64,000 nucleotides of DNA, taken from assembly GCA_017601345.1 (NCBI GenBank), contig JAFNIT010000005.1:670-64669 (forward strand), read 5' to 3'. The DNA is from Candidatus Brockarchaeota archaeon (GTDB lineage: Archaea > Thermoproteota > EX4484-205 > JAAOZP01). The position numbers and the translations under genes were made by a program. The notes below the pieces were generated by a model. It was not told the DNA's origin. It saw only the letters and a list, made by a program, of their open reading frames with translations, and ran no database searches. Positions 44,970-54,885 of this stretch are shown in pieces. Within the stretch, counting starts at the first letter, position 1; each line of letters starts with the position of its first letter.

Positions 44970-46025
44970 ATGCCGAATAGGAAAATAAGAGTTGCTTTCA
45001 TAGGGATAGGCAACAGTGCCTCCACTACTCTACAGGGCCTGTTCTACTATTCTTCGGGCCGTGGGAAAGACGGCTTATGGCATCCCGTAGTAGGGGGGTA
45101 TGGCGTTGGAGACGTCGAAGTCGTTGCAGCATTAGACATAGACAGTAGGAAGGTTGGCAAAGACTTGTCTGAAGCAATCTTCTCAGAGCCGAACATTGTT
45201 GAAAAACGCTTTGAAATACCTAAGACTGGGGTGGTCGTTGAGAAAGGCCTGCTGGAGGATGAGCTTAACCCATACCTCGCATCCGCGCTGAAAGTTGTAA
45301 AACAGGATAAGAATAGTATTGTCGAATACTTGAAGAAGCACCGAGTTGACGTTGTCGTCAATACGATATCCAGCGGCCTAGATAAGTCTTCAATCGCATA
45401 CGCTGAAGCATCGTGCGAAGCGGGAGCTAGTTTCGTGAACACTACTCCTACAAGTGTTGCAACAAACCCGGATATTGTAGAATCGTTCAAGAAGAGAAGA
45501 GTTGTCGTAGTCGGGGACGATTTGATGAGCCAGCTGGGAGGGACTGCGCTACACAGAGGTCTCGTATACTTCTTGAAGTCTAGGGGTATTAAACCGGTTA
45601 GGAGCTACCAGCTTGACGTTGGCGGTGGACTTGAGACTTTGAACACGATGTACGAGGACCTTAGGGATTTTAAGAAGCAGGTTAAAACTTCTTCAATAGC
45701 GGAGGAGGTTAACGAGGGCTGGGAGGTCGTATCCGGGACGACGGATTACGTAGACTTCCTTGGCAATAATAGGGTTACGTATCTCCAGTTTAACGCAACC
45801 GGCTTCATGGGTAGCAGTATAATCATAAACATTAACCTCAGGTCTAACGACGGAATGAACGCCGGCAACATAATTCTAGATTTGATTAGGGCTGTAGCAA
45901 AGGCTAGGGAGGATGGCTTAAGCGGGAACGTTAATGAGATCTCCAACTATGGTTTCAAGAAGACTCTGGAGAGAAAGCGGATACATGAAGCAACAATGGT
46001 CTTCGAATCCAAATACTGCAGGTAG
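44970..46025 (+). CDS. ino1: myo-Inositol-1-phosphate synthase (Ino1 type)
   Basis: 'IRVAFIGIGNSASTTLQGLFYY', 'VVGDDLMSQLGGTALHRGL' and 'QLDVGGGLETLN' parallel the mycobacterial-type Ino1 motifs. Confidence 0.8.
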   Translation: MPNRKIRVAFIGIGNSASTTLQGLFYYSSGRGKDGLWHPVVGGYGVGDVEVVAALDIDSRKVGKDLSEAIFSEPNIVEKRFEIPKTGVVVEKGLLEDELNPYLASALKVVKQDKNSIVEYLKKHRVDVVVNTISSGLDKSSIAYAEASCEAGASFVNTTPTSVATNPDIVESFKKRRVVVVGDDLMSQLGGTALHRGLVYFLKSRGIKPVRSYQLDVGGGLETLNTMYEDLRDFKKQVKTSSIAEEVNEGWEVVSGTTDYVDFLGNNRVTYLQFNATGFMGSSIIININLRSNDGMNAGNIILDLIRAVAKAREDGLSGNVNEISNYGFKKTLERKRIHEATMVFESKYCR

Positions 46026-46064
46026 ATGCTGGAGATTCTCAGGGAATAGTTTATGTGAGCGTTT

Positions 46065-46526
46065 TTGAAGGGTTCTTATCTGCTAATCGTATGGGTCGAA
46101 AGGAAAATAAGGATTAAACCCGGGTCCCTGTCCAGAGTAGAATTGCCCCGGGGCTGCTATGTTTACGTAGGCTCAGCCAAGGGGCCAGGCGGGTTTGAGA
46201 AAAGGGTTTCAAGACACTTAAAGAAGATTAAGAAGGCTAGGTGGCACGTAGACTATTTGACAAGGGTTAACAGGGTTAGGGTGGAGGGCGTCTTCTATAC
46301 TCTTCCTGAATACGACGAGTCCATGTTGACTCGTCTACTGTCTTCCATAGGGTTCCGCAAGGTTGTTAAAGGCTTCGGCACCACTGATCATCTTGAAGAC
46401 TTCTCGCACCTCTTGTTTTCAGGGAAGAGCGTTGGGGAAACCGTTAAGAGAATAAGGTCTGCGATGAAGAGGAGAGGACTCTACTTCAAACTGTTTGGAA
46501 AAGATTCTTTAAGAAGCTTCCTCTAA
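46065..46526 (+). CDS. GIY-YIG superfamily DUF123 protein
   Basis: 'GCYVYVGSA ... RVSRHLKKIKKARWHVDYL' matches the DUF123 (Uri-like endonuclease fold) signature. Confidence 0.7.
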   Translation: MKGSYLLIVWVERKIRIKPGSLSRVELPRGCYVYVGSAKGPGGFEKRVSRHLKKIKKARWHVDYLTRVNRVRVEGVFYTLPEYDESMLTRLLSSIGFRKVVKGFGTTDHLEDFSHLLFSGKSVGETVKRIRSAMKRRGLYFKLFGKDSLRSFL

Positions 46527-46535
46527 TAATCACAG

Positions 46536-46814
46536 ATGTTTAAAAGGTGGGCAAAGGGAGAGTATGAGATTGAAATAACGCTTAGAATTCAAGAGGTCGG
46601 GGACCGTCGTCCTTTTAAAGCAGTGGAGTGGGGTAATGAACTTGTTCCCCTAGAAAAATTTCTAAAGGAGGCTAGGGAGGTCTCTCCCTCTAATCCTAAG
46701 AGAATGACTTTCAAGGCTAAGGGTCTAAGGATGAACCTAAGGATAACGGGGATAGAGGTTCTGAGACGGGGTGAAAAATCAATCGACCTCAAGCTGATAG
46801 CTGAGAAAGAGTAA
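46536..46814 (+). CDS. Hypothetical protein
   Basis: 92-aa ORF 9 nt after the DUF123 gene. Composition is protein-like. No family recognised. Confidence 0.4.
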   Translation: MFKRWAKGEYEIEITLRIQEVGDRRPFKAVEWGNELVPLEKFLKEAREVSPSNPKRMTFKAKGLRMNLRITGIEVLRRGEKSIDLKLIAEKE

Positions 46815-46857
46815 AAATCCTTAAGAGAACGGTTTCTCTTTTCTTAAGTAAGCATCG

Positions 46858-47364
46858 TTGGAGAAAGAAGGCGGAGAACAACTGGACTTGGAAAGGCTTA
46901 GAATGATCGAGATTGCTGCAAACATTCATAGGGTTAAGATAATGATGGAATTGTTTAGGAGCGAGGGTACGATAACCTCGCTTTCAAGAACCCTAGGATA
47001 TTCTAGGCAGTTGGTGAAGCATCACTTGGAGACGCTTAGCAGGGGTGGGCTTGTCTCCAAGAGGAGAGTGGGAAATATGGAGGTCTATAGCATTACTGAC
47101 AGCGGTAGGATAATACTTTCCGAAGTACTGAAGATACATGCGGAAGTGGGAAGGACGAGCAGCGAGACGCGCATGCCGGTTTCAGAGGAGAGTAAGGCAA
47201 AGCCTAGTGTGAAATATGTTTCAGTAATCGCGGGAACCGTCACCGTAGTAATTGCCCTTGTTAAAGGAATTGCTGGAAACCAACCTCTATGGATATTGGG
47301 CGGATTTCTCCTGGGTGCTTTTATTTACGTTATTGTTTCCAAGCTCATCCAGGTTCTAACATAG
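46858..47364 (+). CDS. ArsR-like winged-helix regulator with a C-terminal membrane anchor
   Basis: '[42 protein letters not shown]' wHTH, then a linker and two hydrophobic segments ('[15 protein letters not shown]', '[17 protein letters not shown]'). Confidence 0.6.
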   Translation: MEKEGGEQLDLERLRMIEIAANIHRVKIMMELFRSEGTITSLSRTLGYSRQLVKHHLETLSRGGLVSKRRVGNMEVYSITDSGRIILSEVLKIHAEVGRTSSETRMPVSEESKAKPSVKYVSVIAGTVTVVIALVKGIAGNQPLWILGGFLLGAFIYVIVSKLIQVLT

Positions 47365-48139
47365 TGTAGAGGATCCCCGTCTCATCTTTAACAATGCTGA
47401 TTAACGCCCCGGGTTTAGTCAGGTTCCCTATTATTACTCTGATTCCTTTTTCAGCCGCGTTAAAGCCCTCTTCAATCTTTCTGAAGATCCCTCCTGTTAC
47501 GTCGCTTACAGTTAATGATGCTTTCAAACTGTTCAACATGCCTCTACTTAACCTCGGTATCAGGTTTGCATTACTGTCGTGCTTAGGGTCTCCTGTGAAA
47601 ACGCCGTCGACATCAGTTCCGTAGATTAGCTTAAATGCGTTAAACTCTGTAGCGAGGTGGGCTGCAACCGAATCTCCGGAAATGATGGTAAATTTTTTCT
47701 CGGAGTAATCCATTGCTACATCACCCGGTAATAATGGCACCGCTCCCAGCTTGAGCATCATTCTAAGAGGCTCCGTAAAAAACTTCTCTACTTTCCCTGA
47801 AGAACATGTTAAGCAACTTACAGGGGTTATGGGGACTGCTGGAACATTGTAGGAAGCCAGGCTTGCGAGAATTAACTGCGTAAGCTCGTTCATTCTCAGC
47901 TTCACTTTAGTCAAGCCTATCAGCTGATCAGGATGAAAGAAGCCTTCTGAAATACGGTATTCTGAAGCAACAGGGTGGCCGTAGGAACCTCCTCCATGAA
48001 CCAGTATGAAAAGATATTCTTCACGGAGCTCGGAAACCTGTCTGGAAACCTCATCTATCACTTGAATGTTAGGAGTGAAAGGCCTGTTCTTTACTGTAAT
48101 CATGCTCCCGCCGAGCTTAACAACAACTAGAGGCCTCAT
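47345..48139 (-). CDS. Isopentenyl phosphate kinase
   Basis: Amino-acid-kinase fold with 'VVKLGGS' and 'VHGGGSYGH'. Start placed at '[11 protein letters not shown]', 4 nt after the GGPPS stop; the ORF is open to 48175. Confidence 0.85.
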   Translation of the reverse strand: MRPLVVVKLGGSMITVKNRPFTPNIQVIDEVSRQVSELREEYLFILVHGGGSYGHPVASEYRISEGFFHPDQLIGLTKVKLRMNELTQLILASLASYNVPAVPITPVSCLTCSSGKVEKFFTEPLRMMLKLGAVPLLPGDVAMDYSEKKFTIISGDSVAAHLATEFNAFKLIYGTDVDGVFTGDPKHDSNANLIPRLSRGMLNSLKASLTVSDVTGGIFRKIEEGFNAAEKGIRVIIGNLTKPGALISIVKDETGILYTMLEPG

Positions 48140-48143
48140 TTCT

Positions 48144-49169
48144 TCACTTATTCCTGTAAACAACATAGTCTGCAAGCTCTAAAAGAAGCCTCTTAGCTCT
48201 AGAGTCGGGGACAATCTCTAGCATTGACTTCGCCTTTTCCGCGAAAAGCCACGCCTCTTTAACAGCATTCTCCCTAACACCAGTTCTTGCAAGAATGTTC
48301 AAAGCTTTCTCCAAATCTCCTTCAGAAACACGTTCGCTTCTTAAAACATTGAGAAAGAACTGTTTTTCATCACCATACATTCTCTCTAAGCCTTTGAGTA
48401 TCAGCATGTTCCCAAGTTTATGCTCGATAATGTCTTTCCCAACCTGCTTGCCGGTTTCTGAGGCAGAGCCAAATAAATCCAGAAGGTCGTCAACTATCTG
48501 AAATGAGATCCCAAGGTTTAAGCCGAATCCTTTAAACGACTCAACAATCTTTTCTCCAGCTCCTGCTTCAATCGCTCCCATCATCGCACTCGCCTCGTAC
48601 AGCGATGAGGTCTTCCTCGTAATCATATCAATATAATCCTCAAAGCCAACGCTCATCCTCCTATGTTCTACTACATAAGGCTCATCCTCTCTGCCGAATT
48701 GTTCAAATAGGACGTCTAGCCGCTCGCCTTCAACAAGCCTCATTATATAAGAGTCAACTATTGAAAGCAGTCTCCTACTATTCTGCGACTTTAACAGGAG
48801 TTCGGAAATAACTTCCCTGTATTGCACGGCTGCCAACAGAGCCATCGTTAACCCGTATTTCTTCCAGAGTGTAGGCATTCCTCTTCTAACCTCACCATGG
48901 TCTATGATATCGTCAATTATCAACGTGTAGTTGTGAACTAGCTCGATGGCTGCTGCAGCGTTGAGAGCATTTTCGGGCTTCCCTCCAGCGGCCTCGCAAC
49001 TCAAAAGGACTACTGCCGGCCTAATCCTCTTCCCCCCTGCCTTAATAGGGTATATTAGGACCTCTTGGAACTCGGGTGAGGCGTTTTCTGAGAGCGCTTC
49101 GTAGATTACTGGTTCAACCTCCCTGGCAACTTCCTCAAGCGTTTCAATAAGGTTCTGATTACTTTTCAA
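48144..49169 (-). CDS. Geranylgeranyl diphosphate synthase (trans-polyprenyl synthase)
   Basis: First DDxxD 'LIIDDIIDH' and second 'FQIVDDLLD'. Confidence 0.9.
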   Translation of the reverse strand: MKSNQNLIETLEEVAREVEPVIYEALSENASPEFQEVLIYPIKAGGKRIRPAVVLLSCEAAGGKPENALNAAAAIELVHNYTLIIDDIIDHGEVRRGMPTLWKKYGLTMALLAAVQYREVISELLLKSQNSRRLLSIVDSYIMRLVEGERLDVLFEQFGREDEPYVVEHRRMSVGFEDYIDMITRKTSSLYEASAMMGAIEAGAGEKIVESFKGFGLNLGISFQIVDDLLDLFGSASETGKQVGKDIIEHKLGNMLILKGLERMYGDEKQFFLNVLRSERVSEGDLEKALNILARTGVRENAVKEAWLFAEKAKSMLEIVPDSRAKRLLLELADYVVYRNK

Positions 49170-49246
49170 TACAGGGATTAGTCATTCCACGGATATTTAA
49201 AGTCTACTAAAATCGTTCAGCTAAGCTTTTATTATGCCGAATCGGA

Positions 49247-50221
49247 TTGGCTGAGGAAATGAATATTGCAATAATCACTTCCGGAGGAGATGCTCCGGGC
49301 ATGAATGCTGCCATAAGGGCTGTAGTTAGGTCTGCCTCAGGCCAAGGCTTCAAAACATTAGGAGTTGAAAAGGGCTTCTTAGGTTTGATAGAAAACTTGT
49401 TTAAACTCCTTACCCCTAGGGATGTAAGCGGCATAATAAACACTGGTGGGAGTATTCTCAAGTCGAGTAGGTGCGACCTTTTCAAAACGCCGGAGGGATT
49501 GGAAAAAGCTTCTGAGAATCTGAAGTCCCGAAGGGTAGATTGGGTTATTACAATGGGTGGAGACGGTTCTATGAGGGGAGCGTTAAGCCTTAGCGAAGTT
49601 AGCGGGATACCTGTTACAGTCATAGCTTCCTCGATTGACAACGATATCGCAGGCATAGATGAAACAATAGGCTTCGACAGTGCGGTGAATACTGCAGTTC
49701 AAGCAATAGACAAAATCAGAGATACCGCAGTGACATACGATAGGGTTTTCATCGTAGAAGTCATGGGGAGGAATCGAGGCTTCTTAGCTTTAGAAGTTGC
49801 CTTAGCTTCAGGTGCGGAATTCGCTGTAATACCTGAGCATCCGATTACAGTAGAAGAGATTGCTAAAAGGATAAAGCAAATGGGTGAGATAGGTAAGAGG
49901 TCCAGCATAATAGTTAAGGCAGAGGGTGCTATTGGCGATCCTTTTCAAATGGCTTCAAAACTAAGAGAATTAACTGGTTACGACCTGAGAGTAACTGTCT
50001 TAGGATATATACAGAGAGGAGGCGTACCAACTGCAAGGTCTAGAAACTTGGCATGCCTATTCGGAAAACGTGCTGTCGAATTAGCAGCAGAAAGAAAGAA
50101 GAATAGGATCGTAGGGCTTAAGGACGGTCAAGTAGTGGACTTGAATATTAGAGAAGTGTGTGAAAGCATCAAAAAAATAGATGATGAGAAATACGAATTG
50201 GTTAGTATACTGGCCATCTGA
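49247..50221 (+). CDS. pfkA: PFK-A family 6-phosphofructokinase with the bacterial ATP-type signature
   Basis: 'TSGGDAPGMNAAIRAV', 'MGGDGS', 'SSIDNDI', 'VEVMGRNRG' and 'LGYIQRGG'. Confidence 0.85.
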   Translation: MAEEMNIAIITSGGDAPGMNAAIRAVVRSASGQGFKTLGVEKGFLGLIENLFKLLTPRDVSGIINTGGSILKSSRCDLFKTPEGLEKASENLKSRRVDWVITMGGDGSMRGALSLSEVSGIPVTVIASSIDNDIAGIDETIGFDSAVNTAVQAIDKIRDTAVTYDRVFIVEVMGRNRGFLALEVALASGAEFAVIPEHPITVEEIAKRIKQMGEIGKRSSIIVKAEGAIGDPFQMASKLRELTGYDLRVTVLGYIQRGGVPTARSRNLACLFGKRAVELAAERKKNRIVGLKDGQVVDLNIREVCESIKKIDDEKYELVSILAI

Positions 50222-50300
50222 AAAATCGCAATTTAATTTATTTAAGACGTTCGGAAAACCTATTTATATCCTGATTTAGAATCTTTTTTCTAAAACATAG

Positions 50301-52577
50301 ATGCGTGATCAGAAGTTTGAGGAGGTAGTCGCCTATAGGATTAACGTGAATGGTGTAGTGCAGGGTGTCGGGTACAGGCCATTCGTATACCATATAGCTA
50401 CTGAGCTTGGTCTAAACGGATTCGTCCTCAATTCAGGTAATGGTGTTATTGTAGAGGTTGAGGGTAGGCCTGAGGATTGCCTGAAATTCATAGAGAGGCT
50501 TAAGGCGGAGAAGCCGCCGAGAGCAATTGTCAAAACCATATCCTATGAGAAAATCCCTCTAAAGGGGCATGATGGATTTAGGGTTGAGCAAACCATTAGC
50601 GAGGAAGTTGAAACTCTCTGTCCGCCGGATGTGGCTGTATGCCAAGATTGTCTAAATGAGCTTTTCAATCCTGATGATAGGAGATATCTTTACCCTTTCA
50701 TAAACTGCATAAACTGCGGCCCGAGGTTTACAATACTTGAGAGGCTCCCTTACGACAGGGTTAATACGAGTATGAGGCCTTTTAAAATGTGTGGAGAGTG
50801 TGAAAGGGAGTACTCTAACCCTATGAACAGGAGGTTTAAGGCTGAGCCTAATGCCTGCGGGGCATGCGGGCCCGGTGTTAAACTTTACTATAAAGACAAG
50901 CTATTGAGAGTGTCAAAACCTATTTCGGAGGCTGCGAGACTGATAAACAAGGGCTTCATAGTTGCAGTCAAGGGCTACGGTGGTTTCCACATAGCTTGCG
51001 ACGCAACCCGCGGTGATGTTGTTTCAGAGTTGAGGAGGAGAAAGAAAAGGGGCAATAAGCCATTTGCAATTATGGTTAAGAATATTGAGGAGGCTGAGAA
51101 CATAGTTGAACTTAACGACGCTGAGAAAAAATGGCTTCTACACTATTCTGCTCCGATAATCCTTGCGAAAAAGAGGGAGCCGAACCCTATTGCCGAGGAT
51201 GTTGCTCCAGGGATGAAGTATCTTGGGGTCTTCCTGCCCTATACTCCAATACACCATATTCTTATGAGAGGCATTGAGCCGCCGGCGATAGTCTTAACTA
51301 GTGGAAACATTTCCGAGGAGCCCATAATATTCAGAGACAGGGAAGCATTTGAAAAGCTTGAAAGCATCGCCGACTACGTCCTCACTTACAACCGGAGGAT
51401 AGTCAACTTTGCAGACGACTCGGTTGGCTTCGTTCAAGACGGTCAGCTTAGACTAGTGAGGAGGAGCAGGGGCTTCGTGCCCGAGCCCATCGAAGTCGAG
51501 CTTAATGTTGACAGCGTGCTTGCAATGGGAGCCGACTTGAACAATACTTTCGCATTAGCGAAGAAGGGAAGAATATTCATAAGCCAATACATGGGTGATT
51601 TGGAGAATCTTTCAATCAGAAAGAGGTATCTGGAGACTATAAGAAGAATGCAGCAACTGCTGAACCTTAAGTATGACAGGGTTGCATACGATCTACATCC
51701 GGCCTATTATTCTTCACAGATAGGATTGTCTCTGAACGGGGAGAAGATTCCCGTGCAGCACCATTATGCTCATGTTCTTTCAGCAATGGCTGAGAACAAT
51801 ATTCTCAACTCGGAAGCCTTGGGAGTGGCTTTCGACGGAATAGGTTATGGTAAAGACGGTAAGCTATGGGGATCCGAGTTCATAATTGTGAGGAAGGGAG
51901 AGTACGTTAGGAGGGGCCACTTTAAGTATGTTCCTATGCCCGGTGGTGAGAAAGCCGTCACTGAGCCTGCTAGGATGGCTTTCAGCTATCTTTACGATGC
52001 GATGGGTGAAGACGCCTTAAAGATCGATATCGGGTTGAGCGATAATGTTAAGAGGGCTTTGAAAAACATGGTGGATAAGGGTATTAACGCGCCGTTGACA
52101 TGCGGCTTGGGGAGAATGTTCGACGCGGTCTCAGCCCTCTTGGGAGTATGTTTAACAAGAACCTTTGAGGGTGAGCCTGCTGTGATGCTTGAAATGGTCG
52201 CAGACATGGATGCTGAGGGAAGCTACCCTTTCAAAATCCTTGGGGATAAGGAGTACGTCGTAGACACGGCTCCCATAATCAGCATGATAGTTGAAGAAAT
52301 GAAGAGGAATATTCCTGTAAGAGTAATCAGCAAGAGGTTTCATGAGACTATTGCAAGAATTACTGTGGAGCTTGCGGACACTATAAGGCTCGAAGAAGGA
52401 ATAAAAAATATTGTTTTAAGCGGAGGAGTGTTTCAGAACAGGATAGTCTCCACCAGGGTTAAGCGCCTGGGAGAAGAGAGAGGCTTGAAAACCTTTTTCA
52501 ACAATATCGTCCCTACGAACGACGGTGGGATATCGCTTGGACAAGTCGTGGCCAGCAGCCTAGCTGGGGAGGAGTGA
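50301..52577 (+). CDS. hypF: [NiFe] hydrogenase maturation carbamoyltransferase HypF
   Basis: Acylphosphatase N-terminus ('VQGVGYRPFV'), two CxxC-x18-CxxC zinc-finger pairs, and YrdC-like and Kae1-like domains. Confidence 0.95.
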   Translation: MRDQKFEEVVAYRINVNGVVQGVGYRPFVYHIATELGLNGFVLNSGNGVIVEVEGRPEDCLKFIERLKAEKPPRAIVKTISYEKIPLKGHDGFRVEQTISEEVETLCPPDVAVCQDCLNELFNPDDRRYLYPFINCINCGPRFTILERLPYDRVNTSMRPFKMCGECEREYSNPMNRRFKAEPNACGACGPGVKLYYKDKLLRVSKPISEAARLINKGFIVAVKGYGGFHIACDATRGDVVSELRRRKKRGNKPFAIMVKNIEEAENIVELNDAEKKWLLHYSAPIILAKKREPNPIAEDVAPGMKYLGVFLPYTPIHHILMRGIEPPAIVLTSGNISEEPIIFRDREAFEKLESIADYVLTYNRRIVNFADDSVGFVQDGQLRLVRRSRGFVPEPIEVELNVDSVLAMGADLNNTFALAKKGRIFISQYMGDLENLSIRKRYLETIRRMQQLLNLKYDRVAYDLHPAYYSSQIGLSLNGEKIPVQHHYAHVLSAMAENNILNSEALGVAFDGIGYGKDGKLWGSEFIIVRKGEYVRRGHFKYVPMPGGEKAVTEPARMAFSYLYDAMGEDALKIDIGLSDNVKRALKNMVDKGINAPLTCGLGRMFDAVSALLGVCLTRTFEGEPAVMLEMVADMDAEGSYPFKILGDKEYVVDTAPIISMIVEEMKRNIPVRVISKRFHETIARITVELADTIRLEEGIKNIVLSGGVFQNRIVSTRVKRLGEERGLKTFFNNIVPTNDGGISLGQVVASSLAGEE

Positions 52578-52795
52578 AAATGTGCCTGGGAATACCGGGA
52601 AGAGTCGAGGAGGTTGAGGGGGCAGAGGCAACCGTATCGTTTGGAGGAATACGTAGAAGAGTAAGGCTCGACCTCCTCGACAATGTTTCCATAGGGGACT
52701 ACGTCGTAGTTCACGCCGGCTTCGCCATAGAAGTATTGGACGAGGAGACAGCATTAGAGATGCTGAATACTCTGAGGGAGGTTTTCAGAGAATGA
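52574..52795 (+). CDS. hypC: Hydrogenase maturation chaperone HypC
   Basis: 'MCLGIPGRV' with the essential Cys2. 73 aa. ATGA overlap with hypF. Confidence 0.9.
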   Translation: MKMCLGIPGRVEEVEGAEATVSFGGIRRRVRLDLLDNVSIGDYVVVHAGFAIEVLDEETALEMLNTLREVFRE

Positions 52796-53883
52796 AGTTC
52801 CTAGAGGAGTATAGGGATGGGGAGCTTGTCAAGAGGATAGCTAATAGGGCTAACGAGCTTTTAGGTAGAATAGGGAGGGAAGTGAAGATAATGGAGGTCT
52901 GTGGAACTCACACTATGGCTATTGCGAGACATGGCTTAAGAGGCCTTTTCAGAAAAAACCTCGACCTTATCTCAGGCCCAGGATGCCCCGTGTGTGTAAC
53001 TCCTAACTCGGGCTTCTCTCTCGTCTTCCAAGCGGCTGAAATGGGAAAGACCGTGGCAACCTTCGGAGACATGATGAGGGTGCCGTTTAACGGTAAGAGC
53101 CTCTCGAAACTAAGGGGGGAGGGATTTGACATCAGGGTCGTTTATTCTCCGTATGATGCGCTTAAAATGGCTGAGGACGAGCCTGAGAAAGAATTCGTCA
53201 TGGCAGGGATAGGTTTTGAAACAACTTCACCGCTCTTCGCCTCTATCATTTTAGAGTGTAGGAGAAGAAGAGTTAGCAACCTTAAGTTGATAAGTCTCTT
53301 CAGGCTTATACCGCCAGCTCTAGACGCGTTGCTGAAGGCCGAGGACCTTCACATAGACGGCCTTATACTCCCCGGCCACGTGAGCACAATAATAGGCGTT
53401 AAGCCTTACGTTGATATTGTTGAGAAATACAAAGTGCCGGCGGTTATAACTGGTTTCGAGCCTGTTGATATAGTTGAATCAATACGTATGATCCTGAAAC
53501 AGCTCGTTGAGAAAAAGAGTATGGTTGAGAACGAGTATGTGAGAACAGTGAGGCCCCAGGGAAATCCTAAAGCGATTAGGCTTATACAGGAGGTTTTTAA
53601 GCCGGTCGACGCAGAGTGGCGGGGCCTTGGGGAAATAGCTGAAAGCGGTTTAGCTTTGAAAGACGAGTTTAAAGATTTTGATGCCGTTGAAGAATACGGT
53701 TTAAAGCCTGTGGAAGCGAGTGAGCCTGCAGGATGCTTATGCGGTCAAGTAATAAGGGGGAGCAAAAAGCCTACAGATTGCAAGCTATACAGGAGGGCTT
53801 GTATGCCTGATAATCCGATTGGCCCATGCATGGTTTCCTCCGAGGGCACGTGTGCCGCGTACTATTACGCGGGGGTTGAGTAA
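52792..53883 (+). CDS. hypD: Hydrogenase maturation protein HypD
   Basis: 'CGTHT', 'GPGCPVCV' and C-terminal 'GPCMVSSEGTCAAYY'. Confidence 0.95.
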   Translation: MKFLEEYRDGELVKRIANRANELLGRIGREVKIMEVCGTHTMAIARHGLRGLFRKNLDLISGPGCPVCVTPNSGFSLVFQAAEMGKTVATFGDMMRVPFNGKSLSKLRGEGFDIRVVYSPYDALKMAEDEPEKEFVMAGIGFETTSPLFASIILECRRRRVSNLKLISLFRLIPPALDALLKAEDLHIDGLILPGHVSTIIGVKPYVDIVEKYKVPAVITGFEPVDIVESIRMILKQLVEKKSMVENEYVRTVRPQGNPKAIRLIQEVFKPVDAEWRGLGEIAESGLALKDEFKDFDAVEEYGLKPVEASEPAGCLCGQVIRGSKKPTDCKLYRRACMPDNPIGPCMVSSEGTCAAYYYAGVE

Positions 53884-54885
53884 TTGTACGATAAGATAGT
53901 TCTCGAACACGGTGCCGGCGGCAGGCTGATGCATGAGCTCATTCAAACAATATCTAATGTTCTAGAGAGTCCTAGGAGAGGTGTTGACAAGGCTATTCTG
54001 AATACAAAAATTGGAAAAATAGCTTTCACAACAGATTCTTTCGTTATGAAGCCGCCAGTCGTAAAGGGGTGCGACATAGGCATGCTTTCAGTCAACGGGA
54101 CTGTTAACGACCTTGTTACCATGGGGGCTAAACCAGAGTATTTGAGCCTCTCCCTGATAATGGAGGAAGGCTTGGAAAGAGATTTCGTAATGAGAATAAT
54201 CGAAAGCGTTAGAAGAGCATCTGAAAAAGCGAGAGTGAAAATAGTGACGGGAGATATCAAGGTTGTTGAGAAAGGCGGTTGCGACAAGATTTTCATAAAC
54301 ACTTCTGGAATAGGTATGGTTTACAGAGGAGTTGAATCCTCAACCTTAAACGCTAAGCCTGGAGATGCTGTTATAGTGACTGGTAGCATTGGCGACCATG
54401 GTGCAGCAGTACTGGCTGCCAGGGGCGAGTTCCAGCTTGAAGCAGATGTTTCGAGCGACTGCGCTCCTTTAAACAGTGTTCTTGAAGCACTGGTTAAAAA
54501 GAGAGTGCCGTTCCACGCGTTGATAGATCCTACTAGAGGAGGCTTAGCCACCTCTCTAAACGAGGTTGCGGAATCCTCTCGTGTTTCAATAGAGATTGAG
54601 GAAGAAGCTATACCTGTTAAAGAAGAGGTTCTAGGGTTCTGCGAGGTTCTTGGCATAGAGCCGTTCTACCTAGGTTGTGAAGGAAGGCTCGTAATATTCA
54701 CTCCTCAGGCTTACGCGGATAAGGCAGTCAGGGTTTTAAGAACCTTGGAGGTTAGTAAAGATACATGCATAATAGGAAGCGTCGTAAGCAGGTCGAAGAA
54801 GGGAGAGGTTAGGATTAAGACGAGGGCTGGTGGTTTAAGGGCCCTGCCAATGCTTCAAGGGATACCTCTTCCGAGAATATGTTAA
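53884..54885 (+). CDS. hypE: Hydrogenase maturation protein HypE
   Basis: PurM-like fold with the C-terminal 'PRIC' cyanation motif. TTG start immediately after the hypD stop. Confidence 0.95.
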   Translation: MYDKIVLEHGAGGRLMHELIQTISNVLESPRRGVDKAILNTKIGKIAFTTDSFVMKPPVVKGCDIGMLSVNGTVNDLVTMGAKPEYLSLSLIMEEGLERDFVMRIIESVRRASEKARVKIVTGDIKVVEKGGCDKIFINTSGIGMVYRGVESSTLNAKPGDAVIVTGSIGDHGAAVLAARGEFQLEADVSSDCAPLNSVLEALVKKRVPFHALIDPTRGGLATSLNEVAESSRVSIEIEEEAIPVKEEVLGFCEVLGIEPFYLGCEGRLVIFTPQAYADKAVRVLRTLEVSKDTCIIGSVVSRSKKGEVRIKTRAGGLRALPMLQGIPLPRIC

